Shown in pieces: positions 55,176 through 64,000 of a DNA stretch of 64,000 bases (positions are counted from its first letter, which is position 1; each line of letters opens with the position of its first letter). A program made the position numbers and the translations under genes. The notes beneath the pieces were generated by a model, which was given only the letters and a program-made list of their open reading frames with translations, had not been told where the DNA came from and ran no database searches. The stretch spans positions 819 through 64,818 of the forward strand of contig CAILTR010000055.1 in NCBI GenBank assembly GCA_903837175.1, given 5' to 3'. The stretch is from an uncultured bacterium (GTDB lineage: Bacteria; Patescibacteriota; Minisyncoccia; Moranbacterales; GWC2-37-73).

Positions 55176-56858
55176 ATGCAAAACTATTTTCAACAACTCG
55201 CTAAGCAGTTTTCTAAAAATCCAACTAAGGCTTATTTGCTTTTAGCTAATTTTATTTTGACGATTTTTGCAATTTGGTTTGCTAATCTTGGATTGTTGCC
55301 TTTCCAGAAGCTAGGAGATTTTATTTTCTTTATTGTTTTAGTTTTAGTTTTTGCGCTCTATCGTCCAGGCTGGGCCTTTGTGCTCTTTATTGGGGCTCTT
55401 GCCTTAGAAAATGTTAATTTAGCGCCAACTTCAATTGGTCTTACCTTGAAGCCCTATCAATTGCTGGGCGCTTTAACTTTGCTTAGTCTTTTTGTGCGTC
55501 AATTAATCGGTCGACAGGTTATAACTCTCCCGAAATTTAGTTGGGCAGACGTGCTCCCACTTCTTTTCGGGTTAGGCGGTTTTTTGAGCGCTTTGGGCGG
55601 AATGGAAAGAGGCTTAAATTTAAAACAGGCCATAATTGCAACTTCTTTCGTCGCGCTTTATTTTTTAGTGCGGATTTATGTGCAATCACTTGCTGAGCTT
55701 AAAAGAATAATACCTTTTTTCCTAAGTAGTGGTTTAATTGTCGCTTGCTACGCGATTTGGCAAAATTTGCATCCGACACTCGAAGTGATGCCAGGTAGGC
55801 CAAATAGCACTTTTACTGAGCCTGATTGGTTGGGAGTTTACCTCACTTTTCTTTTAGCTTCACTGCTTATTTGGCTTTTTTATATTTCTAAGAATTATAA
55901 AGAAAAAGAAAATCACTTAATTTTCAATTTTCAATTTTCAATTCTCAATCAATTTTTCAATGTCCACATTTTCAAAAAATTAGTTGTTTACATTTTTTTA
56001 TTGATTGTAGCTATTACATTAATATTGACTGTTTCTCGCAGTGCCTGGTTGGGCGCGCTGGTAGTTGTTTTGGCTTTTCTGAAACTTACTTTAATCTATG
56101 GTGAGGCTTCTTTGATTAATAATGAAACAAGTGGTTTTTGGTCAAACATTAGCTTAGCTATTAAAAAACCATGGCATTGGAAAAAGTTTTTTGCTGCGCT
56201 GGGTAGCTTAGTTTTAACTATTATTTTAAGTCTTGGAATTATTTATGTTTTTCAGCTAACTACTTTTCAGCTTGGTAGTCGCGCCCAGTCAACAGGCGGA
56301 CTTCAGAAAATAACTATTGCTTGCCAAGGCGGACTGGATGTTGCCGTGCCTGAAAAAATTAGTAATATTGAAGAGTTGGAACGTTATCATTGTCGACATA
56401 TTAATTTAGAAGAGATTGAGACCGAGAAAACAATTGGCAAGCTTATTTTTGAAGTTTATCGTCCAGATCCTAATGTTAATATTCGCGCCAAAATTTATGC
56501 TACAGTTTTTGAGCAAATTAAAAACCATCCAATTTTTGGCATTGGCTGGGGGAGTATTGGAAAAGTTTTGGGTCAGGATGCGCGCGGAACAGGATTTAAT
56601 GCTAGTAATATCTTCCTAGAAGTTTGGTTAGGTGCTGGGCTACTAGGCTTTTTAGCTTTTGTAGTTTTGCTGGTTTACTTGCTGGGGCTTAGCTATCTTA
56701 AGCTAGTTAAATCAGCTGCCAATGACGTTGCGAGCTTATTTGTTTTTCTTGGCCTGGTTGCTATCATCATCCCAAATCTATTTAACTCTGGAATTTTCCT
56801 TGGTTTCCTCTGGGTTTATCTCGCAATCGCCGTCAGCTTGTTGACGCTAAAGAAGTAA
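55176..56858 (+). CDS. O-antigen ligase / polymerase-family membrane protein (Wzy_C domain).
   Basis: 'TVSRSAWLGALVVVLAFL' is the Wzy_C core, with ~12 TM helices. It contains the heptamer repeat at 55921-55948. Confidence 0.6.
   Translation: MQNYFQQLAKQFSKNPTKAYLLLANFILTIFAIWFANLGLLPFQKLGDFIFFIVLVLVFALYRPGWAFVLFIGALALENVNLAPTSIGLTLKPYQLLGALTLLSLFVRQLIGRQVITLPKFSWADVLPLLFGLGGFLSALGGMERGLNLKQAIIATSFVALYFLVRIYVQSLAELKRIIPFFLSSGLIVACYAIWQNLHPTLEVMPGRPNSTFTEPDWLGVYLTFLLASLLIWLFYISKNYKEKENHLIFNFQFSILNQFFNVHIFKKLVVYIFLLIVAITLILTVSRSAWLGALVVVLAFLKLTLIYGEASLINNETSGFWSNISLAIKKPWHWKKFFAALGSLVLTIILSLGIIYVFQLTTFQLGSRAQSTGGLQKITIACQGGLDVAVPEKISNIEELERYHCRHINLEEIETEKTIGKLIFEVYRPDPNVNIRAKIYATVFEQIKNHPIFGIGWGSIGKVLGQDARGTGFNASNIFLEVWLGAGLLGFLAFVVLLVYLLGLSYLKLVKSAANDVASLFVFLGLVAIIIPNLFNSGIFLGFLWVYLAIAVSLLTLKK
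55921..55948 (+). repeat. Heptanucleotide tandem repeat (TTTTCAA x3 plus TTCTCAA) inside the coding sequence.
   Basis: Direct reading. The unit is not a multiple of 3. Confidence 0.8.
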
Positions 56859-56859
56859 A

Positions 56860-57042
56860 ATGAAAAAAGTTATCGAGTCTGGAATTTATTTGTTGATTTT
56901 TTTACTGCCCTGGCAAACGAGGTGGATTATTGAGGCTGGGAAAATAAAGGGGGGAGCGAGCGAATATTTAACATATAGTCTTTACGGGGTTGATCTTTTA
57001 TTAATAGGGTTATTTTTTTTTAGCCTTGTTGTATTTTCATAA
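56860..57042 (+). CDS. Small two-TM ORF. It is probably the detached N-terminal segment of the downstream O-antigen-ligase-like gene.
   Basis: 'IYLLIFLLPWQTRWII' resembles the N-terminus of ligase-family proteins. It is separated from 57113 by a duplicated palindrome. Confidence 0.3.
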   Translation: MKKVIESGIYLLIFLLPWQTRWIIEAGKIKGGASEYLTYSLYGVDLLLIGLFFFSLVVFS

Positions 57043-57052
57043 AAGTTTTTTC

Positions 57053-57091
57053 TTGGAGGCTAAGCCTCCAACTGGAGGCTTAGCCTCCAAG
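57053..57091 (+). repeat. Tandem pair of palindromes (ttggaggct a agcctccaa / ctggaggct t agcctccaag).
   Basis: Direct reading. The same GGAGGCTTAGCCTCC core occurs at 4724-4739. Confidence 0.7.
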
Positions 57092-57112
57092 AAAACTTCC
57101 ATATATCCATTT

Positions 57113-58204
57113 ATGGAAGTGAAACTCCTTGGAGTTTTTTTGTTGGTAACGTTGGTTTCAGTCTGCTTGGCGGAAAATAAAAATTTAGCGCTGCTTGCCG
57201 AGACTAGAATTTTTTTAGCTTTGATTTTAGCTTGGCTGATTTTAAATTTTACGCAACTTAAAAAACTTGCTATTTGGTTCCTCGCAAGTCTCTGGTTACC
57301 AACCCTCTTGGCTTTGGGCCAATTTTTTTCGCAGGCAACTTTTGCTAATAAATGGTTGGGACTTGCCCGACACGAGGCTGGTTTAGGCGGGTCAGCTGTG
57401 ATTGAAACTTTTTTAAATGGCGCTGTTTCTGGTAGGTGGCTACGAGCTTATGGTAGTTTTGATCACCCCAACATTTTGGGCGCGACCTTGGCGATTGGAC
57501 TTTTGGTTGTGCTAGCTCTTTCGCTAAGCTTAAAAAAAGTAGCAAGGCCTGATTATTTGAAATTATTTTTGCTCGCTAGCCTAGTACTTTTTTCGGCGGG
57601 ACTTTTTGTTAGCTTTAGTCGCAGCGCTTGGCTGGGACTGGCGCTTGGCCTTATTTTCATGAGCGCAACTTTATTTTTTCAAAAGAAGTTTGCTGATTTA
57701 AAAAAGTTGTCTTTGGGCGCTGTCATTATCGGCGTGGTATTTTTAATGCTAACCGTTAGCTACGGTAAACTTATTAGCGTTAGAGTTGAGGGCGGTACTC
57801 GATTAGAAAATCTTTCAACGGATCAGCGCGCAATTTATTGGAAGCAAGCTGAAACATTGATTTCGCAAAAGCCTATCATTGGAGTAGGTATTGGAAATTA
57901 TATTCCAACTCTTATAAAAATAGAACCAAATGAACCAGCTTGGGAATACCAGCCAGTACATAATGTTTTATTGCTGATTTGGGCTGAACTGGGAATTTTT
58001 GGGTTGCTGACTTTTCTTAGCTTGCTGTTAGTTTGGTTTTGGAAATATGGCCGAAAGTATGAATTGGTCGGTGCGCTTCTAATCGCGCTTTTGCCGATGT
58101 TGCTACTGGATCACTGGCTCTGGAGTTTCCACTACGGGGTTTTGTTTTTTGCCCTCGTGATCGTTTTGGCGACTGGCTTTTCTGGGGAAAAGAAGGTAAA
58201 GTAG
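57113..58204 (+). CDS. O-antigen ligase-like membrane protein (Wzy_C).
   Basis: 'FVSFSRSAWLGLALGLIF' and multi-TM topology. The start was chosen at MEVKLLG. Confidence 0.6.
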   Translation: MEVKLLGVFLLVTLVSVCLAENKNLALLAETRIFLALILAWLILNFTQLKKLAIWFLASLWLPTLLALGQFFSQATFANKWLGLARHEAGLGGSAVIETFLNGAVSGRWLRAYGSFDHPNILGATLAIGLLVVLALSLSLKKVARPDYLKLFLLASLVLFSAGLFVSFSRSAWLGLALGLIFMSATLFFQKKFADLKKLSLGAVIIGVVFLMLTVSYGKLISVRVEGGTRLENLSTDQRAIYWKQAETLISQKPIIGVGIGNYIPTLIKIEPNEPAWEYQPVHNVLLLIWAELGIFGLLTFLSLLLVWFWKYGRKYELVGALLIALLPMLLLDHWLWSFHYGVLFFALVIVLATGFSGEKKVK

Positions 58205-58341
58205 AGATAGAGATAGGTTTGTGTTGTTTCCAGAGATTATTGCAAGAGGCCCACAAATCTACAAATTAGCTGCCTGCCTCGTCGGCAGACGGGCAAATTT
58301 ACAAAGAGAAAGAAAGTTGGTGTAATTTTTTCTGTGTATAT

Positions 58342-58378
58342 ATTCGTAGATTCGTATTTAATTCGTAGTTTCGTATCG
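58342..58378 (+). repeat. Tandem ATTCGTAG / ATTCGTAT array immediately upstream of the GT4 gene.
   Basis: 'attcgtagattcgtatttaattcgtagtttcgtatcg'. Confidence 0.6.
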
Positions 58379-58383
58379 TTTAT

Positions 58384-59523
58384 ATGAAAATTGGTATCGA
58401 CATCAGATTAATAGGTAAAAAGCGAACCGGTGATGAAGTGGTGTTTTTCAATTTGGTGAAAAATTTGGCCCGGATTAACCCTGAGCATAATTTTGAATTG
58501 TTTACGGATATTGTTGATAAAGAAATATTGCAAGAAATCAGCCAGGATCTGGGAATTGAAGGAAAAAATAATTTTAAAATTATTTCTTTGCCAACCAAAA
58601 ATAAATTCAGCTGGAATTTTTGGACTTTGCCAAAGTATCTTAAAACTAATCCTGTCGATACTTATTTAACGCAGTATATTACGCCGTTCTTTGTCCCGCG
58701 TTCGGTTAAAATTGTTACAATTATCCATGATATCTCATTTAACTTTTTTCCGCAGTTTATTAAGTTTTCTGATTTAATCTTCTTAAAAACCCTGATTCCG
58801 CTGAGCTTAAGGCGCGCGGATAAAGTTATTGGCGTCTCTAAATTTACTAGAGCTGAAATAATTAAATTTTATAAGGTTGGCCCCGAAAAAGTCGATTACA
58901 TCTATGATGCCATCAGCGATGACTTCTTGAAAGGTGAAGTTTCTCTTGAGGAAAAGGAGAGGGTGAAAAAAAAGTATAAACTTCCAGAAAAATTCATCTT
59001 ATATCTTGGAACCTTGCAACCTCGCAAAAATATCCCGCACCTAATTGAAGCGTTCGCTCGTATTAAGGACAGACTTGAGAATGTGAAGCTGGTCGTTTGT
59101 GGAGATTTGAAAGCGCACAATTGCGACTCAGCGATTGAAAGAAACGTGGTTGTTGATAATTTGGAAAATGATGTTTTGTTTCCTGGCTTTATTGATGAAA
59201 AAGACAAAGTGGTTGTTTTCGCTCAAGCCAGGGTCTTCGTTTTTCCTTCACTATATGAAGGTTTTGGCATTCCTCCCCTGGAGGCGATGAGCCAGGGCGT
59301 GCCAGTCTTAGCTGCTGATATTCCAAGCTTGAGAGAAATAGTGGGCGACGGGGCGCTGTACGTAGATCCTAATAAGGTTGAAGATTTTGCTGAAATGCTT
59401 TATAATCTTGATAAAGACGAAGAGTTGAGACGTAGGCTAATTCAATCAGGAAAGGCGAGAATTAGCTTTTTTTCTTGGGAAAAGTCAGCTAGGCAGCTAC
59501 TTGCCATTTTCGAAAAAATGTAG
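58384..59523 (+). CDS. Glycosyltransferase family 4.
   Basis: 'EGFGIPPLEAMSQGVPVLAADIPSLREIV'. Confidence 0.8.
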   Translation: MKIGIDIRLIGKKRTGDEVVFFNLVKNLARINPEHNFELFTDIVDKEILQEISQDLGIEGKNNFKIISLPTKNKFSWNFWTLPKYLKTNPVDTYLTQYITPFFVPRSVKIVTIIHDISFNFFPQFIKFSDLIFLKTLIPLSLRRADKVIGVSKFTRAEIIKFYKVGPEKVDYIYDAISDDFLKGEVSLEEKERVKKKYKLPEKFILYLGTLQPRKNIPHLIEAFARIKDRLENVKLVVCGDLKAHNCDSAIERNVVVDNLENDVLFPGFIDEKDKVVVFAQARVFVFPSLYEGFGIPPLEAMSQGVPVLAADIPSLREIVGDGALYVDPNKVEDFAEMLYNLDKDEELRRRLIQSGKARISFFSWEKSARQLLAIFEKM

Positions 59524-59567
59524 TACAATAGACGAATTAGTTTTAATTTATATAAAAATGTTATTTT

Positions 59568-60794
59568 ATGGAAAAAGAGCGAAATTTAAGAGGCAATGCT
59601 AAAGGTGGCTTTAAGCAGCTCATCCAAAAAAGATGGGTTAAAATAGCTTTGATTGTCTTGGCGGTTTTTTTAGTTATTGGCGGGCTGCTCAGCTGGCGAG
59701 CCGGAAGCTTACTAAATAAAATATCTTCGAATGGTAATATCTTGGGATCTTTAGGTCACATGGTTCCAGGTCTGTCAGAACAACTAAAGGGCGAGAAAGA
59801 GGGCCGCGTGAACGTGCTACTTTTGGGTATGCGTGGGGCGGATGATCCAGCGGGTGGAAATTTGGCTGATAGTATTATGGTGGTAAGCGTTTTCCCAAAG
59901 GAAAATAAAGTGTCGATGATTTCAGTCCCGCGTGATCTGTATGTCCAAGATATCCAGCAAGATAGTAAAAGTAAGATAAACGCAATTTACGCTCAAGGTG
60001 AATCAACGGGTAAGGGTCAAGGCCTTAAAGATATGGAGAAAAAGATTAGCGAAATTTCTGGGGTAGAAATAAATTATGGAATTGTCATTAATCATCAAGG
60101 TTTTAAGGATTTAGTTAATGCGCTTGGTGGAGTTGAAATTACTTTGGAACAACCATTTTCTGAATCGGTCCAGTTTAATCAAGAAGGGGTTTGTGATGGT
60201 GTTGTTTTTACGGTACCAACTGGAAGATGGGAAAATAAAATCTTTAAGCATCATGCAACTAATGCAGCTGGAGTAAGTGTGGAAGTTAAAGTAAAGAAGC
60301 CGGTTTATCCCTTATGTTTAAATAAAAATCCAGAGTGTGGCGGAAATTTTAAATTACCAGCTGGAACACAAACAATTAATGGCGACCAGGCACTTTGTTT
60401 TGCTCGCTCACGTGACCAGAGTAGTGACTTTGAACGAGCTAAACGTCAACAAATCATTATCCAACAAATTAAAGCCAAGGCACTTTCAATTGGAACTTTG
60501 ACCGATTTTAATAAAATCAACGGCATGATTAATGCTTTAGGTAATAATGTCTCGACTGATTTGCAAGGCTGGGAAATTCAGCGCCTCTATGATATGGAAC
60601 GAAGTTTAAAGGAACCTCAGGTCTTTCAGCGAGTTTTAGAAAACTCTGAAGAGGGTTTATTGTATGCACCAGAGCCTACCAAGGAGTCAGGCTATATTCT
60701 ACTCCCAATCGGTGAAAACTACGATAAAATTCAAAATTTGTTTAAAAATATTTTTACCCTTCCAGCGCAGTCTGATATTAAGCCAAAAAATTAG
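59568..60794 (+). CDS. LytR-CpsA-Psr (LCP) family glycopolymer phosphotransferase.
   Basis: An N-terminal TM is followed by 'RVNVLLLGMRGADDP...ADSIMVVSV...MISVPRDLYV' and 'INHQGFKDLVNALGGVEI'. Confidence 0.85.
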   Translation: MEKERNLRGNAKGGFKQLIQKRWVKIALIVLAVFLVIGGLLSWRAGSLLNKISSNGNILGSLGHMVPGLSEQLKGEKEGRVNVLLLGMRGADDPAGGNLADSIMVVSVFPKENKVSMISVPRDLYVQDIQQDSKSKINAIYAQGESTGKGQGLKDMEKKISEISGVEINYGIVINHQGFKDLVNALGGVEITLEQPFSESVQFNQEGVCDGVVFTVPTGRWENKIFKHHATNAAGVSVEVKVKKPVYPLCLNKNPECGGNFKLPAGTQTINGDQALCFARSRDQSSDFERAKRQQIIIQQIKAKALSIGTLTDFNKINGMINALGNNVSTDLQGWEIQRLYDMERSLKEPQVFQRVLENSEEGLLYAPEPTKESGYILLPIGENYDKIQNLFKNIFTLPAQSDIKPKN

Positions 60795-60814
60795 TTTTTT
60801 CAAAAAAATTCTGC

Positions 60815-61621
60815 ATGGAATTATCAATCATTGTCACAAATTATCGTAATCCAAGTTTATTAAAAATTTGCTTGGATTCTGTTTTAAAGTATGCTAATGA
60901 AATAGCGTATGAGTTAATTGTGGTTGATGGCGAAACTCAAGAAGATACAGAGATGATGATGCGTGAGGATTACCCGGCGGTGAAGTTTTTTCCATTTCAG
61001 GAAAATGTTGGTTTCCAAGCTTTGATTAAAAAAGGAATTGAGGAAAGCATGGGTAAATACCTCTTGATTTTAAACGGGGATATTATTGTAACTCCAGATT
61101 CAATCGGGAAAATGTTAGCGCGAATTAAAGAGGATGAGAAAGTTGGGATGCTGGGACCAAAATTACTGAGTTTTGATGGAACTCTCCAGTATTCCTGTTT
61201 TCGTTTTTATCACTTAATCACGATAATTTATCGCCGAACTTTTTTGGGTCGTTTTGCTTTTGCTAAAAAGCATCTGGATTGGTTTTTAATGAAAGATTAC
61301 GACCATAACACTGAAAAAAATGTAGATTGGCTGATGGGTAGCGCACTGATTTTAACGCGTCAGGCCGTTGAAAAAGTTGGCCTGATGGATCCTGGCTATT
61401 TTATGTATATGGAAGACGTGGATTGGTGTCGTCGTTTCTGGGAAAATGGTTATCGCGTCGTCTATTACCCGCTAGCGGTTATGCATCATTATCATGGGAA
61501 GGCGAGTGCTAAAGGTGGTGTCATTAGGTCCCTTTTACTTAATAAGTTAACTTGGGTGCATATTTTTAGCGCAGTCAGATATTTCAAAAAGTATTGGAAT
61601 AAGCCAGTTCCCAAATATTAA
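60815..61621 (+). CDS. Glycosyltransferase family 2.
   Basis: 'LSIIVTNYRNPSLLKICLDS' and 'LNGDII' (DxD-like). Confidence 0.75.
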   Translation: MELSIIVTNYRNPSLLKICLDSVLKYANEIAYELIVVDGETQEDTEMMMREDYPAVKFFPFQENVGFQALIKKGIEESMGKYLLILNGDIIVTPDSIGKMLARIKEDEKVGMLGPKLLSFDGTLQYSCFRFYHLITIIYRRTFLGRFAFAKKHLDWFLMKDYDHNTEKNVDWLMGSALILTRQAVEKVGLMDPGYFMYMEDVDWCRRFWENGYRVVYYPLAVMHHYHGKASAKGGVIRSLLLNKLTWVHIFSAVRYFKKYWNKPVPKY

Positions 61622-61643
61622 TAAGCTGAAAAATAATAACGCT

Positions 61644-62942
61644 ATGGAAGAAAACCAAATTGAGGAGAAAAAAGTAGAAAGAAAAAATAGAATAAGCAAA
61701 CTCTTAAGTAAAATAACTAAGCGCCAGGTAAATGTTGTCGTGATTATTTTAATGCTTCTTTGCTTTTTTTGGCTAGGTTATCAGCGAGGCAAGCAGGTTA
61801 ATCAGGTAGCTAATGTGCCTATTAAAATGGGCGATGTGGTATTTAAAAATGAAATTAGTAACGCAGATAATACAGTAGACTTCGCTCTTTTTTGGAACGT
61901 TTGGGGGCTTTTGAAGGATAAATATGTAGATTCAGCTAAATTGGATGCTCGGAAACTTCTATATGGTGCTATTCGCGGGATGATGCAAGCTACTGGCGAT
62001 CCTTACACAACTTTTTTTGACCCAGAAGAAAACAAGAAATTTAATGAAGAAATTTCTGGGAACTTCGAGGGGATTGGGGCAGAGTTGGGGGTAAAGAATG
62101 GAATCTTGACAGTTATCGCGCCACTACAAGGAACGCCAGCTGATCAAGCTGGGCTGCGAGCGGGGGATAAAATTATTAAAATTGATGGAAAAACTTCTGG
62201 CGATATGAGTATTGAGGATGCGGTTAGCCATATTCGAGGGCCTAAAGATACGGCAGTAGTCTTGACTATATTTAGAGATGGTAGCAAAGATACGCAGGAA
62301 ATATCTATCACGAGAAATATAATTAATGTGAAAAGCGTGAAGCTTACCTTTAAGGAAAATAACATTGCCGATATTGAAATTACAAAGTTTGGAGACGATA
62401 CAGATAGTGGTTTTTCTCAGGCAATTGCTAAAGTTGGGGCTAGCCAAACGAAAGGATTGATTATCGATTTGCGTAATAATCCCGGTGGTTATTTAGACGC
62501 AGCTGTAACTATTGCAAGTAAGTTGTTGCCAAAGGGCAAGATTGTGGTTATTGAAGAAGATGCCAATAAGAAACAGGATAAAATGTACACACGTGGGGGA
62601 GATGTTGCTAGTGAACTTGAGACAGTGGTGCTGATAAATGAAGGAAGCGCCAGCGCTTCAGAAATTCTGGCTGGCGCGCTGAAAGAAAATCGAACCAATG
62701 TAACCCTAATTGGAAAGAAATCTTTTGGGAAAGGTTCAGTGCAAGAATTTATTAAAACTGCCCAAGGAACGGCTGCAAAAATAACTGTAGCGCACTGGCT
62801 GACGCCAAATGGTAACCAAATAAATGAACTTGGAATTAAGCCTGATCTTGAAATTGAGCTAACTAACGACGACTATCTTAAAAATCGCGATCCTCAAATG
62901 GACGCTGCGATTAAAAAGATTCAAGAGAAAATTGGTAAGTAA
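61644..62942 (+). CDS. ctpA: Carboxyl-terminal processing (tail-specific) protease, S41 family, with a PDZ domain.
   Basis: PDZ 'GLRAGDKIIKIDGK', S41 'LRNNPGGYLDAAV' and 'GKKSFGKGSVQ'. Confidence 0.85.
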   Translation: MEENQIEEKKVERKNRISKLLSKITKRQVNVVVIILMLLCFFWLGYQRGKQVNQVANVPIKMGDVVFKNEISNADNTVDFALFWNVWGLLKDKYVDSAKLDARKLLYGAIRGMMQATGDPYTTFFDPEENKKFNEEISGNFEGIGAELGVKNGILTVIAPLQGTPADQAGLRAGDKIIKIDGKTSGDMSIEDAVSHIRGPKDTAVVLTIFRDGSKDTQEISITRNIINVKSVKLTFKENNIADIEITKFGDDTDSGFSQAIAKVGASQTKGLIIDLRNNPGGYLDAAVTIASKLLPKGKIVVIEEDANKKQDKMYTRGGDVASELETVVLINEGSASASEILAGALKENRTNVTLIGKKSFGKGSVQEFIKTAQGTAAKITVAHWLTPNGNQINELGIKPDLEIELTNDDYLKNRDPQMDAAIKKIQEKIGK

Positions 62943-62951
62943 GGTAACTCT

Positions 62952-62985
62952 TAAAAAACACCGTCAATGTCGACGGTGTTTTTCT
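62952..62985. terminator. Bidirectional rho-independent terminator between convergent genes.
   Basis: 'aaaaaacaccgtc aatgtc gacggtgttttt'. The 8-bp GC-rich stem is flanked by an A-run and a T-run. Confidence 0.7.
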
Positions 62986-63039
62986 TAATGCAGTTTAAAT
63001 TGGAATTTTATGCTATGCTGGATTAAATTAATTATTGTG

Positions 63040-63867
63040 TTATTTAACTAATTCAAATCCTTTTTTCTGCCAAGTATCAATTCCACCTTTGAGGACAAAA
63101 GGTTGAATAAGAATCATATCATAAAGTTGCACGGAGGCTTGAAATTCTTGAAGTTCATTAATCCCAACAACGACAACTTTCGGGAAAGGTTGAATTTCAC
63201 TGCGTCTTTTTTCTAAATCATCAAACGGTACATTCAACGCCCCCTTAAGGTGGCCGCTAGCATATTCGGCTGGCGTGCGAACATCTAAAATAAAAGTAGC
63301 AACCTCTTGCTTTAAGGCTTCATTTAATTTATCCGCTTCAACGTAGGAAACCTTGGCTTGATCGGTAAAAGATTTTGGATCACCAAAATTAATAGTAGCT
63401 CCGATATTTTTTTTCCAAGCTTCCATTCCGCCAGCCAGGACGCGAACGCTTGTGAGATGCTCATCGCTGAGGGACTTTATGGCTGTTTCAACGCTGGCCT
63501 TATCTTCTTCCGCTAGGTCCGTGGTAATAATCACCACTGGGTTCAGGGCGTTTATTTTTGAGCCAACAGGAAAGTCAGCAAGGGGAACATTAACTGAATC
63601 AAGGATATGCTCAACCGCGTAATTTTCAAACGGCCGGATATCTAAAAGGGTCAGCTTGTTTCCAGTACTGAGTTCTTTTTGAAGTTGAATAGAGCTTATG
63701 GTTTGGTATTTTTCTCCAGGGATAAGACTAATTTGATTTTCACTGGAGTTAATTTTGTTTTCTTTTTTAGCTGAAAAAAGACTACCCCGCAAAATTGTAA
63801 TTAATATTACTAGGATAATAAGTCCAAAACCAACGAAGAGTACTTTAAGGTCTTTTTGTTTTTTCAT
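63040..63867 (-). CDS. Tandem rhodanese-like domain protein, signal-anchored. It lacks the catalytic Cys.
   Basis: 'LTLLDIRPFENYAVEHILDSVNVP' and 'FILDVRTPAEYASGHLKGALNVP' are two rhodanese folds. There is no cysteine in the protein. Confidence 0.55.
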   Translation of the reverse strand: MKKQKDLKVLFVGFGLIILVILITILRGSLFSAKKENKINSSENQISLIPGEKYQTISSIQLQKELSTGNKLTLLDIRPFENYAVEHILDSVNVPLADFPVGSKINALNPVVIITTDLAEEDKASVETAIKSLSDEHLTSVRVLAGGMEAWKKNIGATINFGDPKSFTDQAKVSYVEADKLNEALKQEVATFILDVRTPAEYASGHLKGALNVPFDDLEKRRSEIQPFPKVVVVGINELQEFQASVQLYDMILIQPFVLKGGIDTWQKKGFELVK

Positions 63868-64000
63868 TTTTTTAAAATTAATTAACAAATCAAAGCTATT
63901 TTTAAAATAAGATGCTACCAATAAATTTAGGATGACCATTAATAAAGGAGCGGATGTCCGTAGCTTTCTTGCCTTCTTTTTGTAATTCTTTAAGTAAAAT

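Noticed and set aside
1-64000. Searched for tRNA/rRNA genes and for integrase, transposase or phage genes flanking the cassettes.
   Set aside because: No T-arm 'GTTCRANYC' tRNA signatures or rRNA-like conserved blocks were seen. No recombinase-like ORF is present. The apparent cassettes are defined only by repeats.

Overview
This is an AT-rich (~35% GC) bacterial chromosomal segment with the standard genetic code (TAA, TAG and TGA all end confident genes). Almost the whole window is a cell-envelope and glycan-biosynthesis island. By inference, it comes from a small-genome, uncultivated lineage such as CPR/Patescibacteria.

Coding content, left to right:
- Two paralogous, membrane-anchored surface proteins with Ig-like and Fn3 repeats.
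- A membrane metallophosphoesterase, a LigB/Memo-fold protein, a DUF1016/YhcG PD-(D/E)xK nuclease and RNase HI.
- A MacAB-like tripartite ABC exporter: a HlyD adaptor, an ATPase and two separate FtsX permeases.
- From about 16 kb to 62 kb, a very large glycosylation locus. It holds at least 5 (possibly 8) GT-C fold (PMT/ArnT-like) integral-membrane glycosyltransferases, 5 GT2, 5 GT4, GalE, two UDP-sugar dehydrogenases, Wzx, two O-antigen-ligase-like proteins, an LCP phosphotransferase, a GH28 hydrolase, DUF2304 and EamA-like proteins, and a flippase-like UPF0104 protein. It ends with an S41 tail-specific protease and a cysteine-less tandem rhodanese-like protein.

The most unusual element is a compact restriction-modification-like cassette at 32.6-34.8 kb, embedded in this island. 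It has an XRE controller-like HTH gene, a 148-aa candidate nuclease, and a convergent gene encoding a complete LexA repressor fused in-frame to a C5 cytosine DNA methyltransferase. The LexA part has the wHTH, the Ala-Gly autocleavage site and the Ser/Lys S24 peptidase dyad.

Other notable features:
- Two four-helix-bundle (23S rRNA IVS protein family) genes, one carrying an in-frame TAG, each flanked by inverted short-repeat elements.
- Intergenic regions built almost systematically from tandem 7-9-nt repeat arrays (ATGNTTAY x16, AGAACAT, ATAAAGTT, AACGTT, ATTCGTAG), often as inverted pairs bracketing gene cassettes.
- A conserved C-terminal motif, TM helix and basic tail shared by the two surface proteins, suggesting a sorting signal.
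- Several palindromic and GC-rich intergenic elements.

No rRNA, tRNA or CRISPR array was recognised.
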